A stretch of 62,926 bases of DNA, filler included, from Globobulimina sp. (GCA_003354225.1; 50 parts of 50 records of this genome joined end to end with filler, not necessarily neighbours in it); one strand, 5' to 3'; positions 23,445 to 36,566 are shown, numbered from the whole stretch's first letter. Made by a program: numbers and translations. Notes: generated by a model from the letters alone, not told the origin.

Positions 23445-23859
23445 ATGAAAATGTGCACCTATCTCATATTATGGTATATATGCAATATTTGTGTGGTACT
23501 GATTGAGAGTGCCTTGATAGCAGCTGGTAAAATTGAACAATGTATCAACGAAAATAATGAAGATTTGATTGATTGCGAAACAAAAGCGATCATCACATTA
23601 AGTTTAAGTAATTCACAGGGCGAAGTTGAATCATTTGCAACAACCATTTTATCTGAAATTGAAGATTCTGATGGCACAATACGCCAATTAGCGGAACCAT
23701 GGTCGATTAAATTGTCGAAATCAGATGTGTTTATTCGTTATCCATTACAATATGTGCAAACATTCAATGCGAAGCCAAGCGAAGTGGTCAAATCAACGGA
23801 CAGTAATCTGTTTGGCTTAAATGGATGTTCAGATGATCCAAATTTAAATCCGAGCTGTG
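23445..23859 (+). CDS. HAP2: HAP2/GCS1 gamete fusogen, N-terminal part
   Basis: Signal peptide; IAAGKIEQC, CETKAIITLSL, IKLSKS...YPLQYVQTFNAKPSE, C.D....PSC. Confidence 0.88.
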
Positions 23860-25220
23860 NNNNNNNNNNNNNNNNNNNNNNNNNNNNNNNNNNNNNNNNN
23901 NNNTTAATTAATTAANNNNNNNNNNNNNNNNNNNNNNNNNNNNNNNNNNNNNNNNNNNNTATTCGCAACTGAAGGACTGAGTGGCTTTTAGCTATGTACT
24001 GGTCTTTGTCAGAGGAATCTGCTTAATTCAGGACTAAACTACCTAGTACACTTTATAAGCCTGAGCATACACCTAAACTTAAAGAATAAATGGAAAATAT
24101 TATTTTAAAAAGAATTTAAAAATATTCAGTCAGGGTGTAACCAAAACCGGATATGGCATGGCGACATATTTAAATACACACTGTAATTAAATTAAAATTA
24201 GAATTCTTACTTCTTAAAGTCCAAATGAAGCTAATTTTAATCCAATCAATACCACCACCCAACCACCGCAACTTGCTGGTAATTCTTCGATGGATGGGCT
24301 TACTCTGAAAAAATAAATAAAGTTACAAATGCCGTTTAAACACTCTTTTGTACTGTATGTACAGCCGCCATATGTTTTCGGCAAATAACAATAGTGGGGC
24401 GAGATACATACATACTGTAGTACATTGAACTTAGTATGCTACAAAAGCAAAAGGAAAGGCAGCAGCTGAAACAACTAACTACATGCCTCAAATAAGAAAC
24501 AGAATTACTGAAGAAACAGAATACCAGAAACCTGAAACAGAGTAGCCTCGTCGCCGTAGTAGACTATCCTTTGGCAGGTCTAATTAAAAATTTATAAATA
24601 AACTATGCCCAGCCCAAACTCGTCGCGATATCGATTCTTTCAACCCAGTTTGTTTAAAGTTTCAACTTGACTACATACATTATGATAAAATGTCTGATTT
24701 GTTTAAGTGGACGAAGCAGTTCTTCGGCTAAGAGAATGGAAATTTTATTTTCGCACTCATTTGGCCATTTTTGGCGATCGAGAACGCAGATAATATTCTC
24801 ATTCTCTTGGCTGGGGAGCTACTTTTTCGATCTATCTTTTTCGATCTATCGATTCTCATCTACTACATCACACCACTGTTCCATATGGATGGGCTGCAAC
24901 TAATAGGCAGAATGGAGTCTCTCGACTTCATATATTTTCACTTCACTGTACACTTTACAGCTTCAGCTAGATAGACGCAGGCTTGAAAGCAGCTTATTAT
25001 ACTACATTTTACAGCTTCAGCACGAAGCAGCAAACTCTTAATGAAGCTATCATCGCAATTTCGAATTTAGAAGTTGTTCATTATGTGTCATTGCAAAAGA
25101 AAGATAGCCACAAAAAACACNNNNNNNNNNNNNNNNNNNNNNNNNNNNNNNNNNNNNNNNNNNNTTAATTAATTAANNNNNNNNNNNNNNNNNNNNNNNN
25201 NNNNNNNNNNNNNNNNNNNN

Positions 25221-25349
25221 ACGCATATATTGAAGGACAGCTTGGGCGGCAACAGCAAGACGATCATGTTGGTGACGGTGTCGCCGCACATCTATAACCG
25301 CGGGGAGACCATTCGGACGCTGCGGTTTGCGTCGACTGCTTTGTTCTGA
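25221..25349 (+). CDS. Kinesin motor domain C-terminal fragment, ends abruptly
   Basis: THILKDSLGGNSKTIMLVTVSP...ETIRTLRFA. Confidence 0.85.
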   Translation, partial: THILKDSLGGNSKTIMLVTVSPHIYNRGETIRTLRFASTALF

Positions 25350-25502
25350 CTTTGTTCAGGATTTGCAAAGCGTTTCTCAGATAATTGAATCAAATGTATA
25401 CAACTTATCGACCACCCTTTTCATCAAAAATAAAACCAGCTTAAAAATAATAAACAAAGAATCATCATCAATATGATCTGAAAAAAAATAAATGTATTGA
25501 AC

Positions 25503-25817
25503 CGGTTCAGGTGGGATTTTAACCCACATCCATGTGTATTGCATGACAGAATTAATTACAGAATAATACTGATAAATGCAGGATTTTTATGGCTTTTAGC
25601 GTTATTTTTTTTTTATTTTACTGTTAACGTCGGCAACTGCCACGCAGCCATTCATGGTGGCCATGGGCATCTTCACAATGTCAAACAGTATTTTTTTTGG
25701 TTTTAGTGTTAGGCGTTGGCAATGCTTGACTGGTATTGTAACGTCATAAGAAAATATTCATTGTTTGGGTGTAGCCAAAGCCACAGACACACGCTCTAAC
25801 AGTTGAGCTACTGAACC
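25503..25817 (-). tRNA. tRNA-like gene, anticodon GTG, with 242-nt insert at the canonical 37/38 intron position (25539..25780)
   Basis: Acceptor GGTTCAG/CTGAACC, D arm GCTC/GAGC, anticodon stem TGTGT/ACACA, T arm GTGGG/CCCAC, T loop TTAAAAT, T8 run downstream. Confidence 0.75.
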
Positions 25818-26481
25818 ATTGGATCATTCGGATGCTGTATTGTTGCCAACAAACGTGTACATATACAATGCTGAAACTACAATTAAAAGTTCATGGCAAA
25901 CGAAGTGCATTGTGCAATTCATATCAGTTTCCATGTTGTGCTCTCTTTGTCTTTTGCCATCTTTGTTATTGACATTACTAAGCATTGTGGAATGATAAAT
26001 TAAATTTGATTTATGTCTTGTTTTATTGAAAGGTATAGTTTGTTTGCAAAGGATGTTTGGAAAGAATTGAGGAGTGCAGAAAACAATTTTAGTGCAGAAA
26101 ACTACTCTCTGTCAGTAATAGCTCTACGGATTTATCGATATTGTATTGAGATGTATCACGCAGTACATCTTATAAATAAAATTAATTCTGTCATACAACA
26201 TTTATTTTTTTGATATATCATAATATAAAGCCTTTAAATATCGCGTGTGATACATGACAATAATTACGATAATCAGACTCAAATAACAACACAAAAATGT
26301 CAGTATTCCAATCCAAGGTTTCTGCACAAAAAAAGCGTCGAATGCAGTGAGTGTATCATGTAAACCTTGGCCAAATCCAATNNNNNNNNNNNNNNNNNNN
26401 NNNNNNNNNNNNNNNNNNNNNNNNNTTAATTAATTAANNNNNNNNNNNNNNNNNNNNNNNNNNNNNNNNNNNNNNNNNNNN

Positions 26482-27122
26482 GCGACAAAATAAAGAAAGG
26501 TGAAATTATTTTGAATCCGACCATAAAAATCGAGAAACGATCGGGCGGAACACGCCGAAATGCAAAGTTTATTATTCATATTAACGAAAATAAGAAATGG
26601 TATTTGTGGTACAATAAATGTGATAAATCCATCACAGAAACACAAAAAACACAAATCAATGATAATAACAACAAACAGGCACAAGAATGGTGTGACATTT
26701 TAACGAATGCTATTAATCAAAATCTTAATTATATCCACAATAAAAATGATAACATCAATAATAAAATACGAATCCGCTCCAAATCAGTTCCATTATTTAA
26801 TGGTTGCGATGCTGACATCGTGAAAGAAAATTATTTAATGTTGAAAAATCATGGCATGTACAAACAAATGTATTTTGTGTTAAATATGAATGGCAAATTG
26901 GATTATTTTGCAAATGACGCAAAGAAAGAGAAAAAAGGATGTATTGATCTCAGAAAACAATGTCAAAATGTTGAAAAACGAAGAGGTTCACAGAAACGTG
27001 ATTGCAAATTTATTGTTTATACACAAAAAAATTCCTTTTATTTTTGGTGCAAAGACGATAAACAATTAAGTTTTGAATGGTATTTTTCCATTAAAGCCAT
27101 AATAGCAAACAAAAAAAGATAA
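26482..27122 (+). CDS. Tandem PH-domain protein, C-terminal part
   Basis: ENYLMLK...YFVL...LDYF...KGCIDL; EWCDIL and EWYFSI helices. Confidence 0.85.
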
Positions 27123-27742
27123 TTTAAGAAATTTTATTAATTATAACTATTTAGCCCCCTTTATTTTAATTAATTTTATTTGTTGAATGTTGATTGATTG
27201 TATATTTACATATTTTTAGAGTTTAAGTTGTTCCCAAATTTGATCTACGTCATTATCATAAAGTGGATTTGCAAACACAAGACAAAGTTATAACAAATCC
27301 AGATCAACAAAGCTAAGCAAAGGGACCAAAGGGTATGATGATATTGCTGTTGCTCTGGTGGTTTCTGAGTAAACATAAGGTTGGCAGTTGTAGGTCGAGC
27401 CTGGTTGAACTAAGGGTTTTTTTGTAAGGAGTACTTAATAAGTTAAATAATCATAGTCAGATACAAAATTTACAAAATTTAATTTACATTTCCTATACTA
27501 ATACTAATACTATTACTATCGCATCAAATAGTTTGTAATTATATTCCTTTCCATACTTTTCAAACATTGTTTATTTGAGCAATACACAAACATCACAACG
27601 GCCATATTTACCGCAAACAATATTGATGTAAACTCATTTGATNNNNNNNNNNNNNNNNNNNNNNNNNNNNNNNNNNNNNNNNNNNNTTAATTAATTAANN
27701 NNNNNNNNNNNNNNNNNNNNNNNNNNNNNNNNNNNNNNNNNN

Positions 27743-28473
27743 ATAAATCGGAGGAGTTGACATTGTTATTATTGATAGCATCGCATCGTGGAAATGTTAA
27801 ATGGGGCAAAATTAAACAAATTATGACCTTAAAAACCAACTCACAATGCAGGGAGAAATATAATCATCACTTAAAAAATGTGATTTGTGATGCACAGAAA
27901 ATGGATTTAAATGAAATTGTGTTTATTTGTAATGTGCTATTTAAGGACAAATCTAATTTATGGAATAAATGGTGCGACATTTCATATGCTTTGAATTGGT
28001 ATGAATATAATTATTGGAATAATACGTATAGGAAATGGGTGAAACAACGAAATAAAAGTCAGAAATTTATATTGCAATTAAAAAAAGATAAAATACAAAA
28101 TCATAAATATGTTAATCCAGCCACAATTTCATATTTATTTTGCATTTTATTTGGTGGTAAGGGCGGATATAAATTGTTTTCGGATAATAATTATTGTCAA
28201 AAATTGTTAAAATGGTTTTGCGAATTAAAAGGTTTTTCAATTCAATCCCAACAAAATGATAATAAGTGTCCAGAGCAAATAAATCGATTGAAAGAACAAA
28301 TAAAATTACATGTTAATCATAGCAAATTCATATTTGATAAGTTGATTAAAAATGTTGTCACACAAACGGTATATTTTGATGATCATATTGACCCAATTGA
28401 AAATTACAAGTTTTTAATGAATATCAAAAATACAACCAATCAAAATGTACAAAGTGATGATAATACTGATTAA
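27743..28473 (+). CDS. Myb/SANT-domain protein, 5' partial
   Basis: WGKIKQIM..KTNSQCREKYNHHL. Confidence 0.7.
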
Positions 28474-28544
28474 CTTAAATTATTTACTCTTTTTCTCATA
28501 ACCATACATCGGCCATCAAAATCATATAGCATATGATGATTATG

Positions 28545-28605
28545 CGAGCGACTCGTCCTAGTTACCCTGAGGTGGTTTGGTCGAGCGAGTCGTCCGAGTT
28601 AGCCT
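28545..28605. repeat. GC-rich 24-bp imperfect direct repeat, 2 copies
   Basis: CGAGCGACTCGTCCTAGTTACCCT and CGAGCGAGTCGTCCGAGTTAGCCT. Confidence 0.65.
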
Positions 28606-29003
28606 AATGTGAAGGTGTTTTTACACGCAACTTATGGAAAAACGCTAGCGCGGATTTGATGAAAAAACTACTTATTTGACTAGTTATAATTGTGACAAAC
28701 TTAGATGAAAATGTGCCTAAGATTTAAATTAAACAATGTATTACAACGCATTCGTCTGATTCAGTATTACAAAGGACTCACACGAAAAGAATAAAATTTA
28801 CCATATCGAGGATTATTATTTTGTTTAATCTCTAATTTATAATTATATTTAGCATATTTGATTGAATGTTTACTTATTAATTCATTTAATGATTTCAGAC
28901 TATNNNNNNNNNNNNNNNNNNNNNNNNNNNNNNNNNNNNNNNNNNNNTTAATTAATTAANNNNNNNNNNNNNNNNNNNNNNNNNNNNNNNNNNNNNNNNN
29001 NNN

Positions 29004-29925
29004 CCACTGTGATAATGGCTGTGCGTAACCCAAAGAAAGGTGACAGAGTCAGAAAAGAAATATTATCCTCGATTGACCACTCAGAAAATAATACATTAAA
29101 CTCAGACAATTTAATTGTAATGAAATGTGATCTCGGTTCATTAAAATCTGTTCAATCCTTTTGTTCGCAGTTTATTTCCAATTATAAAAAGTTAAATATA
29201 TTGATCAACAACGCGGGAATTATGGGAAATGACGAATTTGGACTCACTGTCGATGGCATAGGTCATGCATTTATTATATATTCCAATCAAAACAAACATT
29301 CATTTTGATTCCATATATTCTATAAATGACTATAATAGAACAACAATTCGGAGTGAATAACATTGGACATTTTTATTTGACACAAACACTGACACCGTTA
29401 TTGATTGAGTCCGCAAAGAAAAATAAGATTTCGCGCGTTCTCAATGTGGCGTCGTATGCGTACCTTTTTGCGCCGAGAAATCTCAAACAATATTTTGTGA
29501 ATGAGGATAAAATTAACGATCCCTCGGCATATTCGCCAATGTTCCGCTATGGCTTAACCAAAGCAGCAAATATCATATTTGCAAAGGAATATAATACGCG
29601 ATATGCGTCGTCCAATGTATATTCTGTGAGTATTCATCCCGGCTCTATTAAAACGGGATTGCAGCGCTATAACTTTTGGTTAGGATTATGGAATAAAGTG
29701 ACGCCAAATGTGTATGTAAAGAGTCCGTCGCAGGGCGCAGCGACTACGATAAGGGCCGCTGCGATGAGTGATGCAGAATTTAGGGAACATGGAGGGAAAT
29801 ACTTTGAGGATTGCAATGTTGCGGCATTGGGTAGAAGTGATGTGATCGATGATGGAGAAAATAGCGATGAAATTGGAAGGTTATATTGGGAATTAAGCGA
29901 GAAAATGATTAAATCGAGAATTTAA
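29004..29925 (+). CDS. Short-chain dehydrogenase/reductase (retinol dehydrogenase/WWOX-like); intron 29262..29338; 5' partial
   Basis: CDLGSLKSV, LINNAGIM, DGIEQQFGVNNIGHF across the splice, YGLTK, HPGSIKTGL. Confidence 0.93.
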
Positions 29926-30005
29926 CAATAATGGTTGTTTAGATATTAATATCAATTTGTTTATTTTTGTATAGAGCTATTCTTGGAATACTTCATGTAA
30001 ATACT

Positions 30006-30112
30006 ATATAAATGGCTTTTTTTTCATATATAAATGGCTTTTTCATATATAAATGGCTTTTTCATATATAAATGGCTTTTTCATATATAAATGGCTTTTT
30101 CATATATAAATG
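30006..30112. repeat. Minisatellite, ~19-bp unit TATATAAATGGCTTTTTCA, ~5 copies
   Basis: Seen directly. Confidence 0.9.
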
Positions 30113-30264
30113 ACATATAAATGAGGGTGTTTCTTATAAATGGACCCCCCTAAATGATGAAATCNNNNNNNNNNNNNNNNNNNNNNNNNNNNNNNNNNNN
30201 NNNNNNNNTTAATTAATTAANNNNNNNNNNNNNNNNNNNNNNNNNNNNNNNNNNNNNNNNNNNN

Positions 30265-30613
30265 GTTATACACTTTGGTTACACCCTCGATATGGTCGCA
30301 ATATATTATTTATCATCGCCGTGATGTGTTGTCGATATTATCTGTGTTTATAGTGATTGGCATTGATATCGGTGTGACTGATTTGGATGATTTGTTTGGT
30401 CTTTGTGGCAGTTTGGGACTGTCCTTTGTTTGTTATATATTTCCATGTATAATTTGGATTATTGCTAAAAAGAAATGGCAAAAGGAATCATGGATAAAAT
30501 TTGTTTTTATCAATTTGAAGTCACCGCAATTTGTATTCACAATATTTGTGTTGTTATTTTCAACCGCTGTCATGCTTTATAGCACACTTGTTATTATGCT
30601 CAATATTTTGTAA
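30265..30613 (+). CDS. Amino-acid transporter (Aa_trans family), C-terminal part
   Basis: DLDDLFGLCGSLG..FVCYIFP and final TM helix. Confidence 0.8.
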
Positions 30614-30758
30614 ATTACAGTTGACTTATAAATATAATAATTATTTCAAAATATAAAATAGTTAATTAAATAACTGGTAATTTTATGATTTCATTTTCTA
30701 CTAAGTAGCGTTGGTTTGAGATCTGTGTATGACATCTCGAAACAATAAAAAAAAAACT

Positions 30759-30793
30759 AAGTTCTGAACATTTCCAAAACTTCACAACTGTGA
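30759..30793. repeat. Dispersed 35-bp repeat, inverted copy at 50208..50242
   Basis: AAGTTCTGAACATTTCCAAAACTTCACAACTGTGA matches exactly in reverse complement. Confidence 0.85.
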
Positions 30794-31630
30794 CCTCACC
30801 ATGTATATTATTTATTTATTTTTGATATTGCTGATCATCAATTTGACATTGGATACCCATTCGAATATTTTATACCATCAACATTATTCGATCTAGAAGT
30901 AGACGAAGAGAGCTGTAACTGAACATAAATTATCATTAGCGACCTTTATATATTAAATTATATTTAAAATTTTTATATTTTTGTATGTTTCACGTGTGAT
31001 TATTTTACGTGTGACTTTTTTTAAAGCGCAGCGCAGGATTTAATTATAGCCATTTTGCAATAATTAATCCTTCGCCTTTTCGCAATTTTTTAGGTAAATT
31101 TTATTTTATTTTGTTTTCTTTATATTATTATTATTATCTCAAACAAGAAATAGTATTCTTTTTGAATAAATTATTCGCATTTTTGTTATTTTTGTTTTGT
31201 TTTTGTATCAAATTCATGCATATTTATATGGTTTGTTTGTTTGTTTGTTTAGCATGTTTGTTTTTATTTTTATTTTTAAAATATTGCTTATAATTTTAAA
31301 TTCATCTCCTGGAAAATTTATATATTGATTTAGCGGTGATTTGGCAGTCTGAATCAAATGCAACTGCAATAACTCATATTTGTGCGCAATGATATTACAA
31401 AAACGTTTCTAAGATGCAAACGTTTNNNNNNNNNNNNNNNNNNNNNNNNNNNNNNNNNNNNNNNNNNNNTTAATTAATTAANNNNNNNNNNNNNNNNNNN
31501 NNNNNNNNNNNNNNNNNNNNNNNNNTCAATATCTCATGAAATGAAAAAAACAGAAATATTATACTGGTATAAATAATATTAATTTATTATAAAATTACAC
31601 AAAAATTAAATCGTTTCTCAAGTCTACAAA

Positions 31631-32686
31631 CTAATCTTCAGAATCGCCATCCTCATCATCGGATTCTTCATCTTCAACAACTTCCTCCACATCGTCTCCG
31701 GGATGTGATATTTGAAATACCTCATAATTAATCACCCTGAATTTCTCTTCGCCCGCTAACTCCCCAGCATACGAACATTGATACGTATGATTGCGACACG
31801 AATTATCGCTCACCGTATCCGCTTTGTTCCTGATATAAATATCATGTCCATAGCCAAAGACAGGCCCCATGTATTTATTATGTACCACTGAATGTTGCGA
31901 CGACGTATATTGCAAATAAATAGTTGCTTTCTTCAATGCTCTCTTCTTCTTTCGCACAATATACACAAATGCCTCCTCATCCACGTGATATCTGCCCACG
32001 TCTGATTTCCATGGCAACCGTGTAAAACCACCAAAAACATTGCCATGATTACTCTCAATCACACACAAAGTATTGGCCATATCATCGCATTTAAGATGAA
32101 AAGTAGAGGCTAAAAAGCCATCATCGCTGCCGCGAAATAATAACTTCCATTCCAATGATTTCTATATAAAATAAAAAGAAGTCATATGTGTTATCCTCGC
32201 ACTCTCAAATAAGGCACAAACCTTTTGTCGCTTCTCTTTGATCAAATCAATTAATATCTGGATCTCGTCCGAGGTCATGATTTTCGTATTGATTTTCAAC
32301 ACAAATGTTTTCAATGGGATGGGCGTACAATACCGGCTCCATCCATATGCATTCTTACATTTCACGCGGACATAATAAATGGTGGAGGGTTTCAATTTTT
32401 TAACGCGAATAAATGAAACATTCTCGCGTTTGGCAATTTGTTTCCATTTTAACGCTTCGAAATCTATTTTTTGGTCGTTTTCAGTTTGGGAGTGTTTGTT
32501 CTTTGGAGCAAAGGCCATGTCCACAATATATGTATTTGGAGTTTGATATCCGTCATATTTGCCGAGACCAGCAACGAATGCGACCTTGCAAGTATGCGCT
32601 TTGATTTGCGTAATATTTACAATTGGTGGGGGCGGCGCAAATGTGTTGTTTAAGTCGCCCATTTTATTTATTATTTGGCTCAATTT
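31631..32686 (-). CDS. Fibronectin type III + TLDc protein; intron 32162..32221; 5' partial
   Basis: LKPSTIYYVRVKCKNAYGWS (FN3); WKLLFRGSDDGF, HGNVFGGFT, GPVFG.GHD, NYEVF (TLDc). Confidence 0.92.
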
Positions 32687-32786
32687 NNNNNNNNNNNNNN
32701 NNNNNNNNNNNNNNNNNNNNNNNNNNNNNNTTAATTAATTAANNNNNNNNNNNNNNNNNNNNNNNNNNNNNNNNNNNNNNNNNNNN

Positions 32787-33215
32787 CTCGGTCTCTCCCT
32801 CTATCGGATCGGCGGTATATTCTCGCTCTGCCTCTGCTGGTTTTATTGCTATAGGTTTTATTCCCATATTCATCGTACGTATTGCTCCTCGAATTGCCTC
32901 TATAACTGCCTCTGGAATGGCCGCGGTAATGTCCTCGACCTCGGCTTCTGCCACGAGCACGATATGAGTGTCTATGCTGTTGTTGTTCGTGGGATTGAGA
33001 GTTGAGAGAGTTGTCTGCTGCGATTAATTTCGCATCTAAGTCTTGTTTTAATTTCAATGCGACTTCGTCATCTTTATCATGTAACCAATCATCAACGGAT
33101 ATAACTGTATACGTAATAGGAGTTAATTTTATATTTTGTTTGCGAAATATGATCAGTTTTGGGGGTCATTTTACAATTATAAGTGCAAGGATATCATCAA
33201 TGGTATCATGCATGA
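32787..33215 (-). CDS. RG/RS-rich putative RNA-binding protein fragment
   Basis: RGRSRGRG..YRG repeats; probable intron upstream. Confidence 0.4.
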
Positions 33216-34046
33216 TTAGGTGGTAAGTGTTAACTTGTTAATTCTGCTTGAGATGGATGGATGGGTTCCTTTTTTGATTTTGTTGTTATGTTATGTGTTT
33301 GATAGAAGTATGTATAGCAAAATATGTACCTTTTTGCATGGTTGAGTTGTGTCTTCGTTGACTTGATTCATTGTTGCGTTAAACGATAAACAAATAACTA
33401 TCAAAGTTTTTACTTTGGAAATTTACATAAAATCACTCTGCTTCAAACTAAACTAGTCAGCGAAAGCGCGATGAACAATGCCCAACAGATCACAGTGTGT
33501 AGTACCAGGCAATATTTAGTCGCCGGTCCACGTGGTGGTTGATAATTAATTGATAATATCGAAAAGCACAATTAATAATATCCGATGCTTTGTTGTTTAG
33601 AATTACAAGAAGATTGACATTGATCCTGTTACGATTCGTATAGTTATCACGTATGAGACATAAATTATTAACAGATTAGGTTTTGATTGAAATCACTGAT
33701 ATTATTGGTATGTCTGTCTATTTTGTGGTTACATTTTATAATTTTAGTTGATGATCAACTTTATTTTCGGTACAATGCATTGATGTTTTCGTGAAAAAAG
33801 ACAATAGAGACCTCTGATAAAATAATAATTTATTTGTTTTTCTTACATTGTTTGTACGGTATTTGAGTGACTGTGTTTTTGTGTCCTTATAAATAGGTTC
33901 AGTGATAAATTGATAATGAAATGGAGCAAAACAAAAATAATAAACTNNNNNNNNNNNNNNNNNNNNNNNNNNNNNNNNNNNNNNNNNNNNTTAATTAATT
34001 AANNNNNNNNNNNNNNNNNNNNNNNNNNNNNNNNNNNNNNNNNNNN

Positions 34047-35206
34047 TATATTCTTGTTGTAAATCATTATATGTATTATTTAATGAGATATATTGTTTAT
34101 GCATTTGTTGCAATTCATTCTCTTTTTCATTTAAATTGCTTTTTAAATTATTATTTTCAATCTTATTGTCATTAAATTGACTTTCTAATTTGCCGTATTT
34201 TTCATTGTTTGCTTGATAATGTTCTTGTAAATTATTATATTTTTTGTCAATAATTTCCATCTGTTCTTCAATTGTATCATTACTTTGTTTTAACTCATTA
34301 TATTTTTGTTTAAGTTGCATATTTTCCATTTTTATTTTTGTTAAATTATCAATGGTTGTCATATTATATTTATTTTGGGTCTCCAACTCAATGATGGTTT
34401 GTCTCAAACTTTCAATTTTTCCATTGACATTTCCTTCCTTTTCATTTTTTTCGTGTTTTAACCGATTTGTAAAAATACCAATATCCATCTCATAACTTTT
34501 GCATTTTGATTTAATTTCTGTGTATTTTATGTCAATGTTTTCGAATTGTTTTACTAATTTATTGTACTCATTGTTTTTTTCAATATATTTACAATTGATT
34601 TTTTTTTGATCATTTTTTATGGATAATACAATATTGTCACTTTGAATAACATTCGTTTTCAAATTTTCATTTTCCGATTTCAAATCATTTACATTTTTTT
34701 GCGCGTTTTTATGCTGATTTTGTAATTCTTGAATTTTTATTTGCAAATTCTGAATACAAACATCATATTCTTTTACTTTTCCTTGATTTCGGTGTTGTTG
34801 TTCTTTGGTTTGGGCCAGCAATTTGGATAATGTTTGGACTGCGTCTTCTAATTCAATTTGAATTTTTGATTTATATTTTAGAGATTGTTTCATTTCATTT
34901 ATGTTTGTTTCTGATAAATTAAATTTATTCTTCAGTTCGGTTCTGCGATTCATATAATTTATTATTATTTATATCATCCATTGCATCTCATATTAAATAT
35001 TTACTTAACACAGCACTTTGCAATGCACAATTCTCTTTTAGTAATTTACAATTCTGTTCAATATATTCTTTGTTTTTAATGAATAAGGCATCATATTTTT
35101 GTTTTATTTGAGTGAGTGCATTAATTTCTCCCTCTAATTCAGCATTGCGAACACATTTTTCTTTACAGATTCGGTTCATAGCGTCGTAATTCCTCTTCAA
35201 TCCATT
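34047..35206 (-). CDS. Long coiled-coil protein, internal fragment with a probable short intron near 34950..35005
   Basis: Continuous heptad K/E/Q/N-rich frames. Confidence 0.7.
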
Positions 35207-35761
35207 NNNNNNNNNNNNNNNNNNNNNNNNNNNNNNNNNNNNNNNNNNNNTTAATTAATTAANNNNNNNNNNNNNNNNNNNNNNNNNNNNNNNNNNNNNN
35301 NNNNNNTTCGAATTTGTTGTTTGTGTATGATTGGACGAAACAACGTTGCTGGATTTAATTATTTGTTGCTCGGAGTCTTTAATCCTCTGTCGGAAGGAAA
35401 GATTTATTTAAGCTGTTTTTAATCTAACAATCTAAATTATTAATGAATGTAAAGCAGTCTCTGTTATTTTTCTGTTTGTTACATATTTGTTTTAATTTGA
35501 TTTTCAAAAATTGGATATTCACGATAAAATCACTAAACTGTATGCAAATTTCACGAAAAGTAGGCGTGTTAACACATTTTTGGGTACACCAAGTTTTGCC
35601 TAACACGGCAATTATCACGAAAAGTACTTTTCGTGACTATCCAATTTCTGAAAATCCAGGATATTTAAGGCCAAATAATTGTTGATTTTCTTGTTTTGGT
35701 ATTCCGATATCATATATATCAAATAACAAAACATGATTATCAATAAATTGTTATATTTATG

Positions 35762-36466
35762 TCATGAGCGAGATTCAGTTAAGGTATGAAACAATGATTT
35801 TGAGTCTTGTGAGTTAAACAAATTACATATATCATAGGCTCTGTTAAATTCTTTGATAATATGATTATATTCATCAACTCCAACATTTTTAACAATATTT
35901 TTATTGTTTACGGGATCAATTATTTCCATCACACTTTCATTATCTACTCGCGTATCAAATATCTGATTATGTAAACAATTCGCAATCTGTATCGAATATT
36001 TTCGAGCTTGATAACAATTACAATAAAATGCAAAAAATTCATACACCAAAAAAGACAAACTCGTAAATATCAATGCTTTGTTTATTATGATATAATTTAA
36101 AAATTTAATGACCATAATTGTATATCCAAATGAGTTCAAATATCGTTTATATGCATTATTTATACCACATTGTTTGGACCAATATTTTATAAAAACAATC
36201 AATTCTCGAACAGGAATATTTAATTTCGCATATTTATCCAGTAAATCCTTTATTATTTCTTTCGATTTTAGACAATATTGGTCAGCAATGCTAATATCGA
36301 ATTGATAGCATTTATTGCTATTTTCTGCCATTTTTTCGACTCTTATTATTGGATAATTTGCATGTAATATTGCTTGATATTTGTATTGTTTTTTAGAATC
36401 CAATATTTTTGTTAATCCTTTTAATAAATATTTTTTAGTACTTTTACATGTCTCAAATGGTAATTT
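35762..36466 (-). CDS. Non-canonical poly(A) polymerase/TUTase (Cid1/Trf4 family), 5' partial
   Basis: ILHANYPII, QFDISI, FIKYWSK..GINNAY...LNSFGYTIMVI, IIDP. Confidence 0.85.
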   Translation of the reverse strand, partial: KLPFETCKSTKKYLLKGLTKILDSKKQYKYQAILHANYPIIRVEKMAENSNKCYQFDISIADQYCLKSKEIIKDLLDKYAKLNIPVRELIVFIKYWSKQCGINNAYKRYLNSFGYTIMVIKFLNYIIINKALIFTSLSFLVYEFFAFYCNCYQARKYSIQIANCLHNQIFDTRVDNESVMEIIDPVNNKNIVKNVGVDEYNHIIKEFNRAYDICNLFNSQDSKSLFHTLTESRS

Positions 36467-36566
36467 NNNNNNNNNNNNNNNNNNNNNNNNNNNNNNNNNN
36501 NNNNNNNNNNTTAATTAATTAANNNNNNNNNNNNNNNNNNNNNNNNNNNNNNNNNNNNNNNNNNNN

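Noticed and set aside
22699-23859. Functional link between the Ctr transporter and HAP2
   Set aside because: Adjacency in a compact eukaryotic genome is not evidence of a shared pathway.
23960-25120. Short ORFs in this contig
   Set aside because: No coding signal recognised; looks intronic or intergenic.
30006-30112. 19-bp repeats as CRISPR or iterons
   Set aside because: Simple minisatellite without spacers in a eukaryotic 3' region.
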